A DNA stretch of 43,374 nucleotides from IMG/VR virus record IMGVR_UViG_3300043173_000426, positions 1 through 43,374 of that record; one strand, 5' to 3'. Below the pieces are notes generated by a model. The model searched no databases, was not told the origin of the DNA, and saw nothing but the letters and a program-made list of their open reading frames with translations. The position numbers and the translations under genes are program-made. How positions within the stretch are numbered: position 1 is the stretch's first letter; every line of letters begins with the position of its first letter. Source of the stretch: a virus. Its lineage: Duplodnaviria; Caudoviricetes. Below, one piece after another: positions 36,366 through 43,374 of the stretch.

Positions 36366-36685
36366 TTGTTCTCGTCCAGCTTGTGGTCCCCGCACCAGTC
36401 GGTCAGGAACACGACCGGATAGCCGTTCATCGTGGGTGCGCGACGCCGGCAGCGGCCGAGGGTGCTCTCGGTCTCACGGCCCGGGCTCTCGACCGTCACC
36501 TTGGCGACAAAGAACATACAGGTCTTACAGCGCATCGACACATTCCGGTGGCGCCAGGGATCCGGGCTCAGGGTGTTGTCAGGGCCATGCTGCAGCCGGC
36601 GGCCAGCCTCAACCTCGGCGGTATCCTGGGAACGAGCGGGCGTCTGGTTTAGGAATGATTCCCCTTGCTTCTCGCGTGTTGCCAT
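36362..36685 (-). CDS. Four-Cys metal-binding phage protein
   Basis: CKTCMFF...GRCRRRAP...YPVV..TDWCG. The ATG at 36685 follows GAGGAG. Confidence 0.7.
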   Translation of the reverse strand: MATREKQGESFLNQTPARSQDTAEVEAGRRLQHGPDNTLSPDPWRHRNVSMRCKTCMFFVAKVTVESPGRETESTLGRCRRRAPTMNGYPVVFLTDWCGDHKLDENK

Positions 36686-36696
36686 ATCAAATCTCC

Positions 36697-37125
36697 TCAA
36701 TGATGGGCCAGGGGTGCATCAGGCACGACCTGGCTCAGTTTCCCGGGGGGGTCCGGCGCCTCCTGCTCCGGCTGGGGGGGCTCGTTGAACATATCGCCCT
36801 GCAACGGCTGGCCGATGGCTTTGAGTCCCAGCAATAGCGTGAGAGCGAAGCCCTCGGCGTGCTGGGGTTCCATCTTGGCGCACTTCTCGACCACGGTCAG
36901 CGCCGCACGGTTCATGCCGCGGGCCACCAGCGCATTCCTCGAGGCCGTGATGTCGGCGTTGATCTTCTTGCGCGCCGCGCCCTTGGAGGCGATGAGCGTG
37001 CAATGATCGACGATGCACCCCCGGACTTCCTGATTGTCGATGGCGAGCTCCTTCTCGGTCCTGGGCTCGACCGCCTTGCCGGCGCCCCGTGCGCCCTTCT
37101 TGGTGACTTTCTTTTTCGATGCCAT
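36697..37125 (-). CDS. GapR/DUF2312-like DNA-binding protein
   Basis: Basic N-terminus. RKKINADITASRNALVARGMNRAALTVVEKCAKME resembles the GapR helical core. GAGGT RBS. Confidence 0.5.
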   Translation of the reverse strand: MASKKKVTKKGARGAGKAVEPRTEKELAIDNQEVRGCIVDHCTLIASKGAARKKINADITASRNALVARGMNRAALTVVEKCAKMEPQHAEGFALTLLLGLKAIGQPLQGDMFNEPPQPEQEAPDPPGKLSQVVPDAPLAHH

Positions 37126-37130
37126 GTTCT

Positions 37131-37592
37131 CTACCTCTCGGTGACGACGGTGATGAGACGCCCGTACTGCGCCTCGAAACATTTTCGCTTGAGCTTAAAT
37201 ACAGGGTCCAAGCCCTCGCGGGCCTTCGGCTTAAAGTCTCCGGTGATGAGCTCGCCATCGCGCACGTACTCGGCGTCGGCCACGTACTCGAACACCTTTA
37301 TCACGCCGGCTGGCCCGTCGATGTGGATGGGGTAGCGGGGGTGATGTAGGAGATCGGTGAGCAATTCGTGGTCGAGCTCGCGCATGAGGCCAACAAACCA
37401 CCGCGCCTCGCCGCCCGAATCGTAATGGAGGAACTCGGCGTGCCCGCATTGTTCGCACCTTTTCGGTCGCTTCAACACGTGCCAGGCCCGGCAGGCGCGG
37501 CACGTCCAAATCTTGTGACTTTGGCCGTAGCCCTCAATGCGCGTGCCGAACTTGCCCGGCATCTTGCGCAGGAATACGACAGGCGGGCTCAC
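37131..37592 (-). CDS. DUF1064-like PD-(D/E)xK nuclease with Zn ribbon
   Basis: CRAC...CEQC, YDSGGEARWF, YVADAEY...GDFK and FKLKRKCFEAQY. Confidence 0.75.
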   Translation of the reverse strand: MSPPVVFLRKMPGKFGTRIEGYGQSHKIWTCRACRAWHVLKRPKRCEQCGHAEFLHYDSGGEARWFVGLMRELDHELLTDLLHHPRYPIHIDGPAGVIKVFEYVADAEYVRDGELITGDFKPKAREGLDPVFKLKRKCFEAQYGRLITVVTER

Positions 37593-38131
37593 TTCTCGAG
37601 CTCACCCCCGACGTGGCACGTTGTCGGCTCCACGAACCCGAGCCCCGCCTTCGCTTTCTTGAGCAGGGCCTCGAGGAGCTGTCGCTTCTTGCCGATGGTC
37701 GAGATCCCGAAGAACTCACAATCCGCGAGGAGCTCGTCGTCCGTTGGCCGAGAGCCTGGTGAACGCCGGGCCTGGGTGATCTGGCTCCGAAGATACTTGC
37801 GGGCTGCTTGGGGCGTGGCATGGCGAACGTGCATAAGGAGCTCGTAAGCCCGCTGGGCGTGCGCCACCTTTATCAGTTGCCCGACCAGGTTCCGCCATTC
37901 CGCAGGTTCCCCGTGGAACAGGGTGCCGGCAATCTCCCAAATCCGCTTGGTGATGTCCTCGGGGACCGGGGCCGCCAGCGCCTCGGTGAGTTGCTCCGTC
38001 GAGACTGGAACGTGGCCCTGGATTGCGTCCAGGCAGAGTTTGACCGCCAGATCGCGGCGGTCAGCCGTCAGGGTTAGCACTACGCGGTCCACGAGGATCT
38101 CCGCGTTCTTGTGGTGTGTGGTTTCAGTCAT
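37589..38131 (-). CDS. Hypothetical protein (possible replication-related helical protein)
   Basis: The ATG at 38131 follows GGAGGGAG. The function is a weak guess. Confidence 0.55.
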   Translation of the reverse strand: MTETTHHKNAEILVDRVVLTLTADRRDLAVKLCLDAIQGHVPVSTEQLTEALAAPVPEDITKRIWEIAGTLFHGEPAEWRNLVGQLIKVAHAQRAYELLMHVRHATPQAARKYLRSQITQARRSPGSRPTDDELLADCEFFGISTIGKKRQLLEALLKKAKAGLGFVEPTTCHVGGELEK

Positions 38132-38501
38132 GGTCTCCCTCCAGGGTCTTGTCGACCAGCTCAGGCGAGCGACGCAGGAGCGTACCCTCTCGGAGCTCAA
38201 TCCACGGCGGCACGCTCAGAATACCCGCAACGAACGATTTGCCCTGCTCGGTGAGCTCGTACTCGCCCTTACCGAACCGCGCCACCAGGCGCCAGTGCGT
38301 CAGATAAGCGGCATCGGTCGACGCCTTGGCGGCGCGAGGGAAAATCTCGCGGGTGTGATGGACGCCGGGCCCCAGGCGGGAGAGCCAGGTCATAAAGCGC
38401 ACCATTTCAGGGTGAAGCCAGCGGCGGTAGGTGCGGCGCTCATGCCCACACGTCGGGCAAACCTCGCGCTTGACGATCTCGAATAGCTTGTGCTTGCTCA
38501 T
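38124..38501 (-). CDS. CxxC plus winged-helix-like protein
   Basis: The ATG at 38501 follows GGGAGAG. CPTCG...YLTHWRLV...GEYELTEQGKSF. Confidence 0.65.
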   Translation of the reverse strand: MSKHKLFEIVKREVCPTCGHERRTYRRWLHPEMVRFMTWLSRLGPGVHHTREIFPRAAKASTDAAYLTHWRLVARFGKGEYELTEQGKSFVAGILSVPPWIELREGTLLRRSPELVDKTLEGDHD

Positions 38502-39056
38502 TCTGCTCTCCCATAGTTCCGCTGGAGCGCGTCCTGACAGGGATGTACCCCTGGGCACCCGGCGGCTCGACCCCTGACCCGACGATCCACTTATCGGCGG
38601 CGGTTTCCATCCTTTGTGGTCGCCAGCCCACCCCTGTCTATCGCCGTTTATCCCCCGCGAGGGGATGCCGCGCTCATAGCACTGGATCGTCGTTCTGGAT
38701 CGCCGAGCCGCCTTATCGTGGGCCGTACTGATCAGTGACCGCCACGTCGACTGCTACAGGAAGGAGGGAGGAGGAGCCGGCCTTACCGCCGGCGGGGTTC
38801 AGTTCCCTCGAGGCTGCGCGCCGGCTGGGACATCCGACAATCCACACAGGCTGGAAGCGTTGCGCTTGGAAGGAATACCGGCACGCAGGCTCGAAGGAAC
38901 TGATGGTTGAATTATTGAACGTCCCATAGGGGGAATCTACTTCATGGGTGGCCCAAAAGAAACCCCGGCCGGGAAGGGGGGTTGTGAAGGGTCCAGCCGG
39001 GGGTGTTGGAAAGGCGGGGTCGAATCGCCGTGGGCGTTTTATCCCACAAATGCGCG

Positions 39057-39085
39057 TTGCGTGCAATATCTTCGAGGAATATCAT
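39057..39085 (+). promoter_or_regulatory. Sigma70-like early promoter
   Basis: TTGCGT-N17-TATCAT in the divergent intergenic region, upstream of the AGGAGA RBS and the ATG at 39118. Confidence 0.65.
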
Positions 39086-39117
39086 TCGTGGTGGGACATC
39101 ACACACAGGAGAGAAGC

Positions 39118-39324
39118 ATGGCCTTCATGTCCGTTATCTGCCCGTGTGGCGCCTGTGGCGCCATTATCAACTGCAACCCGGACCTGGTGCCGGCCCTCAA
39201 TATCAGCGGTGAGAAGCGGCCCATCTGCCGGGTCTGCGTGGATCGCTGGAACCAGCTCCACCCGGAGCTCCCCGACTTCATCGTGCACCCGGACGCCTAT
39301 GAGGCCCAGGAGGTGGAGGCATGA
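39118..39324 (+). CDS. Small Zn-finger-like early protein
   Basis: CGAC...CRVC motif and an AGGAGA RBS. Confidence 0.7.
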   Translation: MAFMSVICPCGACGAIINCNPDLVPALNISGEKRPICRVCVDRWNQLHPELPDFIVHPDAYEAQEVEA

Positions 39325-39539
39325 GCATCAACGTCGAAAACGTCGCGCAAGCCTACGCCGCCACCCTGGCCGACGCGATCAAGAACAAGTGGCTGACCTG
39401 GAATCGTGCGATGGCGCTGATCGAGGATATGACTGGCCACATGCCGTTGGCGCGGGCCGGGCAACGCCGGTTCGCCCACCTGACCCACAACGCGCTGGAT
39501 CACATCATCAGCATGGGCAAGAAGGAGGCGAAGCCATGA
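39321..39539 (+). CDS. Hypothetical protein
   Basis: ATGA overlaps on both sides and a GGAGG RBS. Confidence 0.7.
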   Translation: MSINVENVAQAYAATLADAIKNKWLTWNRAMALIEDMTGHMPLARAGQRRFAHLTHNALDHIISMGKKEAKP

Positions 39540-39760
39540 GCGACCAATGCAAAAGCTGTGACGCAGAAGTGAAGTGGGTCCGAATGGTCACGGGCGGCAA
39601 GATGCTCGTAAACCTGCCCCCGGAGAAGCGGATCATTTTTCGGCCAAGCGGCGGAGTCGCTGACGCACCAGGCGGTGTGCTGGGGGCTGTCGTCGACGCC
39701 TATACATCCCACTTCGTCACCTGTCCGAAGGCCGACGAGCACCGGAGGCGCAAATGCTGA
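39536..39760 (+). CDS. Small Zn-binding phage protein
   Basis: CKSCDAEVKW...SHFVTCP motif and an AGGAGG RBS. Confidence 0.75.
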   Translation: MSDQCKSCDAEVKWVRMVTGGKMLVNLPPEKRIIFRPSGGVADAPGGVLGAVVDAYTSHFVTCPKADEHRRRKC

Positions 39761-40620
39761 CCGAGGAACAAGCTGCCCTCCACTCCAGCCACATCGGGGG
39801 CTCGGACGCGGCGACCGCGTGCGGGCTCTCCCCCTGGCTCTCGGCCCGGGAGCTCTACTACATTTTTCGTGGCGAGATGGAGCGCGATCCCATCGACCCC
39901 ATCAACGCCTTCCTGGGCCACCAGCTTGAGCCGATGATCGTCAACTGGTATGTCGAGCAGACCACCAACCCGGTGCGCAACTACCACCGCACCAAGCACT
40001 CGAAGCAGCACCCGTGGGCCATCGCGCACCCGGATCGCGTGCTCGTGGGCTACCGTGGCGGGCTCGAATGCAAGACAGCCGCCACCCCCGAGGGCTGGGG
40101 CCCTGGCTGGGACCAGAGCGATGCCACCATCCCCGATCACATCCAGTGCCAGGTAGCGCATTACATGGAGGTATTCGAGTACGATTTTTGGGACGTGGCG
40201 GTGTTCTTCCTGGTGAGCCGCGAGTTCCGCCGTTACCGTATCGAGCGCGACGACGTGATGGGCCGCGACCTGATGAACGCCGAGCGCACGTTCATGGAGC
40301 ATGTCGAGAAGGGCGAGCCGCCGGCCTGGGACTACAACCACCCGACGACGCTCGAGCTCCTCAAGGCCATCTACCCCGGGACCAACGGCAAGTCGATGGA
40401 TCTCACGACGTCAACGCTCGAGTGGTGGAACGTCATGGACGATGCCCGGAAGCAGCGCCGGCAATACGACCAGGTGGTGCAGGCAGCCAAGTGTCACATC
40501 GTTGCCGCGATGGAGGAGCACGCTCTCGGGTACTGCCCGGACGGCGAGACCATCACGCAGAAACGGACGGCGAACGGCGCGCTGATTCTCAGCAAGCGCA
40601 AGTTCGTCAATTTCCAGTGA
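39754..40620 (+). CDS. YqaJ / lambda-exonuclease-family recombination nuclease
   Basis: IGGSDAATACGLSPW, GHQLEP, AHPDR, LECKT and QVAHYM. Confidence 0.92.
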   Translation: MLTEEQAALHSSHIGGSDAATACGLSPWLSARELYYIFRGEMERDPIDPINAFLGHQLEPMIVNWYVEQTTNPVRNYHRTKHSKQHPWAIAHPDRVLVGYRGGLECKTAATPEGWGPGWDQSDATIPDHIQCQVAHYMEVFEYDFWDVAVFFLVSREFRRYRIERDDVMGRDLMNAERTFMEHVEKGEPPAWDYNHPTTLELLKAIYPGTNGKSMDLTTSTLEWWNVMDDARKQRRQYDQVVQAAKCHIVAAMEEHALGYCPDGETITQKRTANGALILSKRKFVNFQ

Positions 40621-41015
40621 AGCGCCGGATCTTCATCAAGATGAGCGCGGCCGGCATCGCCTATGCAGCGGTCGGCCCGGCCGTGCCCTATTGGCCAATG
40701 GACACCCTGCCAGCCACTCCCATCCCCGAGGAGGGCGTGCTGGCAGGGTTCCCGCTCAAGGTGCGCCCGTTCGGGCCCGACGGCCCGCTGACGGATTGGA
40801 TCCACACTTTCAACAACGCCCACAAGCTGGTAATTGAGCAGATGCCGCCGTGCAAGATTGTCGGGATCGAGATCTCGGTGACGTTCCCCGAGATGGACTG
40901 GACGATAGAGCAGGTCGTCCCGATGCCCGCCACGGTATTCATTGAGGAACAGCAAGACGTGACCTTTTGGTGGGCCCAACCCGGGATCATCGATCCCAGC
41001 ATCGACGCTATTTAA
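40617..41015 (+). CDS. Hypothetical protein with twin-arginine-like signal
   Basis: The GTG overlaps the exonuclease stop. N-terminus MKRRIFIKMSAAGIAYAAV. Confidence 0.6.
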   Translation: MKRRIFIKMSAAGIAYAAVGPAVPYWPMDTLPATPIPEEGVLAGFPLKVRPFGPDGPLTDWIHTFNNAHKLVIEQMPPCKIVGIEISVTFPEMDWTIEQVVPMPATVFIEEQQDVTFWWAQPGIIDPSIDAI

Positions 41016-41028
41016 CAGGAGAGGAATC

Positions 41029-41811
41029 ATGGGACAAGACATTGAAATCACCGAGAGCTCCGAGAACGTGATGTCGCTCGCCGACGTGAAGCAGCACATC
41101 CAGATCATCCAGGCAGTTCTGAAAGGCGCCATGAAGGATGGCGTTCACTACGGGGTCATCCCTGGCACCAAAAGGCCCTCGCTGTGGAAGGCCGGCACGG
41201 AGCTCATATTCACCACCTTCCGCCTGGGCACCCAACCCACCATCGAGGAGACCGGCGACGGCTACCGGGTCACGGTGCGGGTGTTCCACATCCCCACCGG
41301 CAACACCATCGGCTACGGCATGGGCTCGGCGTCATGGGGCGAGGAGAAATACGCCTGGAAGAAAGCCCAGCCAGGGGAGTACGCGGCTGCCGAACCAGGC
41401 GACACGCGCATCAAGTATTACGGCCGCGACGCCGTGCAGCAGATCCGCACCAACCCGTGCGATCTGCAAAACACCATTCTCAAGATGGCGGTCAAGCGCG
41501 CGCGGGTCGATGCCTGTCTGACGTGCACCGCGGCCTCGGACGTGTTCGAGCAGGATCTCGATACCGTGCCCAGGGACGAGCGCCGGAACGGCAACGGCAA
41601 CGGCAACGGCAACGGTGGCTCATCCAGTGAGCCAGTGACCGATGTTGACGACGCTAAGATCCTGGTGGCCATCGAGTCGGCCAAGAACGCCGACGAGCTC
41701 ATCGTGGTGTTCGACGCCATCAACGAGATCCGCAACGCCAAGCAGAAGGTCTCGCTCATGGGCGCGTACAAGGTGCGGCTCAAGGAGCTCGGCCCGGAGG
41801 CGGTCGAATGA
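41029..41811 (+). CDS. Putative single-strand annealing/recombination protein
   Basis: HYGVIPGTKRPSLWKAGTE...NTILKMAVKRARVDA...SDVFEQD, near the exonuclease. An (NG)n linker leads to a small C-terminal helical domain. AGGAGAGG RBS. Confidence 0.65.
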   Translation: MGQDIEITESSENVMSLADVKQHIQIIQAVLKGAMKDGVHYGVIPGTKRPSLWKAGTELIFTTFRLGTQPTIEETGDGYRVTVRVFHIPTGNTIGYGMGSASWGEEKYAWKKAQPGEYAAAEPGDTRIKYYGRDAVQQIRTNPCDLQNTILKMAVKRARVDACLTCTAASDVFEQDLDTVPRDERRNGNGNGNGNGGSSSEPVTDVDDAKILVAIESAKNADELIVVFDAINEIRNAKQKVSLMGAYKVRLKELGPEAVE

Positions 41812-42083
41812 GACGCCACGTGCTCTCCCCGGAGCAAATCGCCTACCACTTACAGATCATCGCCGATGGCAGGCTGTCGCGACGCGACACACAGGCGAGG
41901 GCGCTCATACTACTCAACGAGGTAGACACGTACTGTCGGGACCGGGACAAAGTTGAATACTGGCGCAAGACGAGCGTAGACCTCGCGGAGCTCCAGCCGA
42001 AGTCCCCATTTACCCCCCGCGAATCTACCGCACCGTGGTACCGCCGCCTCTTGGCTCGGGCACGGTCCTGGATCCGCTTATGA
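41808..42083 (+). CDS. Hypothetical protein
   Basis: ATGA overlap and a GGAGG RBS. Confidence 0.6.
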   Translation: MRRHVLSPEQIAYHLQIIADGRLSRRDTQARALILLNEVDTYCRDRDKVEYWRKTSVDLAELQPKSPFTPRESTAPWYRRLLARARSWIRL

Positions 42084-42292
42084 GTGTCTGCGAGTACCCG
42101 AGTCGAGTGATCGCCTGTGAGCACCACTACTGCCGCTGCATGCGGGCCAACGAGCTCGCCGAGATGGGGTTACTGGTCGCGTCGATAGCAGTCCATTGGG
42201 AGCTGGTGCCGTGCCGCCAGAAGGGCCCCCATGCCGTCCTGGATGCGCGTAGCTGCATTTCCCAACCAGGAGGCAACGATGGCAACGTGTGA
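42080..42292 (+). CDS. Cys/His-rich hypothetical protein
   Basis: ATGA overlap at 42080. It tiles the operon. Confidence 0.45.
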   Translation: MSVCEYPSRVIACEHHYCRCMRANELAEMGLLVASIAVHWELVPCRQKGPHAVLDARSCISQPGGNDGNV

Positions 42293-42536
42293 GAACGCCG
42301 GCTGCAGGGGGCGCTTCACGCCCAAACGGAACTGGCAAAAGTTCTGCTCGAGCAAGTGCCGGGCGTTCTCGAGGAACCAGGTGCTCAAGGACCGTTACAC
42401 GACACCCCAGGCGCATACCGTGTTGATGGCGGCGATGGCGTGGTATGCGGCAGCCGGGGCCTTCGAGGAGACCGAGTACCTGAAACAAGCCTGTGCGCGA
42501 CACTGGTCTGCCGAGAACCCGGAGGAGGAGACATGA
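42279..42536 (+). CDS. Zn-finger-like protein (C-x4-C...FCSxxC)
   Basis: MATCENAGC...QKFCSSKCR and an AGGAGG RBS. Confidence 0.7.
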   Translation: MATCENAGCRGRFTPKRNWQKFCSSKCRAFSRNQVLKDRYTTPQAHTVLMAAMAWYAAAGAFEETEYLKQACARHWSAENPEEET

Positions 42537-42841
42537 GCAACGTGCGTGATACTTCTTTTGAGGCTTATGACTTTGTTCGCGCCCTCGGAATTACAGGCGC
42601 ACAACGAGAGCGGATCGCGGTGTACCTCTATCGGCGTGATTCACGGACGCGACAAGAAATCAGCAAAGGAACGGGCATCACCATCAATGCTGTCTGTGGC
42701 CGCGTCAATGAGCTCGTGAAAGACTACAAACTCGAGGAGGAGGCTCCCCGCACCTGTTCGATCACCGGGCGACAGGCCCATCCACTACGACTCCCCATGA
42801 ACGCCTACCAGCGCGAACCAACCCAGGAGCTACTGCTATGA
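42533..42841 (+). CDS. Winged-HTH DNA-binding protein
   Basis: TSFEAY...TRQEISKGTGITINAVCGRVNELVK...CSITGR and a GGAGGAG RBS. Confidence 0.75.
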   Translation: MSNVRDTSFEAYDFVRALGITGAQRERIAVYLYRRDSRTRQEISKGTGITINAVCGRVNELVKDYKLEEEAPRTCSITGRQAHPLRLPMNAYQREPTQELLL

Positions 42842-43122
42842 GCGAAGATCGAATCCCCTACACGCCCATCAAGGGCTACCGCGAGCTCGACAGCGAGGAG
42901 ATCGCCGACATGAACCGCCTCAAGGAGATCGAGGCGATGGTGCTTGCCACGGTGGCGATGCTGCGAGACGCCACCAAGTACGACTCGCGGTGGATCGCCA
43001 TCGGGCAGACCCACATCGAGCAAGGATTCATGGCGCTCAACCGTTCGGTGGCCAAGCCGGAAGCCATCGACCCGCCCGCCGTGGTGACGCACGCTGGGCT
43101 CGGCGAGTTCCCCATCGGCTGA
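42838..43122 (+). CDS. acb2: Acb2-family anti-CBASS sponge, allele B
   Basis: Same motifs as 4..300, with a diverged C-terminal two thirds. Confidence 0.88.
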   Translation: MSEDRIPYTPIKGYRELDSEEIADMNRLKEIEAMVLATVAMLRDATKYDSRWIAIGQTHIEQGFMALNRSVAKPEAIDPPAVVTHAGLGEFPIG

Positions 43123-43214
43123 TGGGCAAGCGCAGCCTCATCAACTGGCCACTCGCCATCATCCTGATCGGCTTCACCATCCTGGTGTGGGGCATCGTGT
43201 ACGGCTACTGGTGA
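43122..43214 (+). CDS. 30-aa single-pass membrane protein, allele B
   Basis: MGKRSLINWPLAIILIGFTILVWGIVYGYW. The ATG overlaps the acb2 stop. Confidence 0.75.
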   Translation: MGKRSLINWPLAIILIGFTILVWGIVYGYW

Positions 43215-43223
43215 CGCCGGTCG

Positions 43224-43374
43224 ATGGTCTACAGTCAGCCCAGGCCGGCACGTCCACCACTCATCTGTGGGGCGTGCCGGGAGTGCTGCAAGGGCCCGCG
43301 GGAGCTCGAGCTATTCGAGCCGTCGTTCATGTGGCACACCGAGGCGCGGGGGGGCAAGACCTTCCTCGCCACCC
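43224..43374 (+). CDS. YkgJ-family protein, allele B (truncated by the window end)
   Basis: Same amino-acid sequence as the start of 838..1236, with synonymous changes. Confidence 0.8.
   Translation, partial: MVYSQPRPARPPLICGACRECCKGPRELELFEPSFMWHTEARGGKTFLAT

Larger units (their letters stand above)
1..43374. mobile_element. Tailed bacteriophage (podovirus, P22-like head/tail module), probably complete genome
   Basis: Terminase, portal, scaffold, coat, tail and lysis genes are contiguous. No host housekeeping genes are present. The ends overlap (42835-43374 corresponds to 1-988). Confidence 0.95.
42835..43374 (+). repeat. Imperfect terminal direct repeat, right copy (lacks the 300-743 gene)
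   Basis: Colinear with 1-988 apart from substitutions and the missing gene. Confidence 0.95.

Noticed and set aside
41587-41616. (AACGGC)n microsatellite in the annealase-like gene
   Set aside because: In-frame Asn-Gly linker between domains. A 6-bp unit cannot cause phase variation.

Overview
The window is a probably complete, high-GC podovirus genome with a unit length of about 42.8 kb and P22-like morphogenesis genes. A long minus-strand late arm (about 1.27-38.5 kb) encodes terminase, portal, scaffold, coat, gp4/gp10/gp14/gp7-like proteins, a tail fibre and lysis genes. The same arm has a 3739-aa polyvalent ejection protein carrying ParB-like, adenine methyltransferase, tandem JAB/RadC, GNAT, zincin and LPD38-like modules. 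Upstream of the terminase sits a separate fibre cluster built around a 1130-aa 'rope' protein with about 40 repeats of 22-23 aa. A short plus-strand early arm (39.1 kb through the contig junction to 1.24 kb) encodes a YqaJ exonuclease, a likely annealase, small Zn/HTH proteins and an Acb2-like anti-CBASS sponge. The two window ends are diverged copies of the same acb2 locus, and one copy carries an extra secreted low-complexity gene. I found no integrase, repressor, polymerase, helicase, tRNA or CRISPR array. All family calls come from motif recognition by eye; no searches were run.
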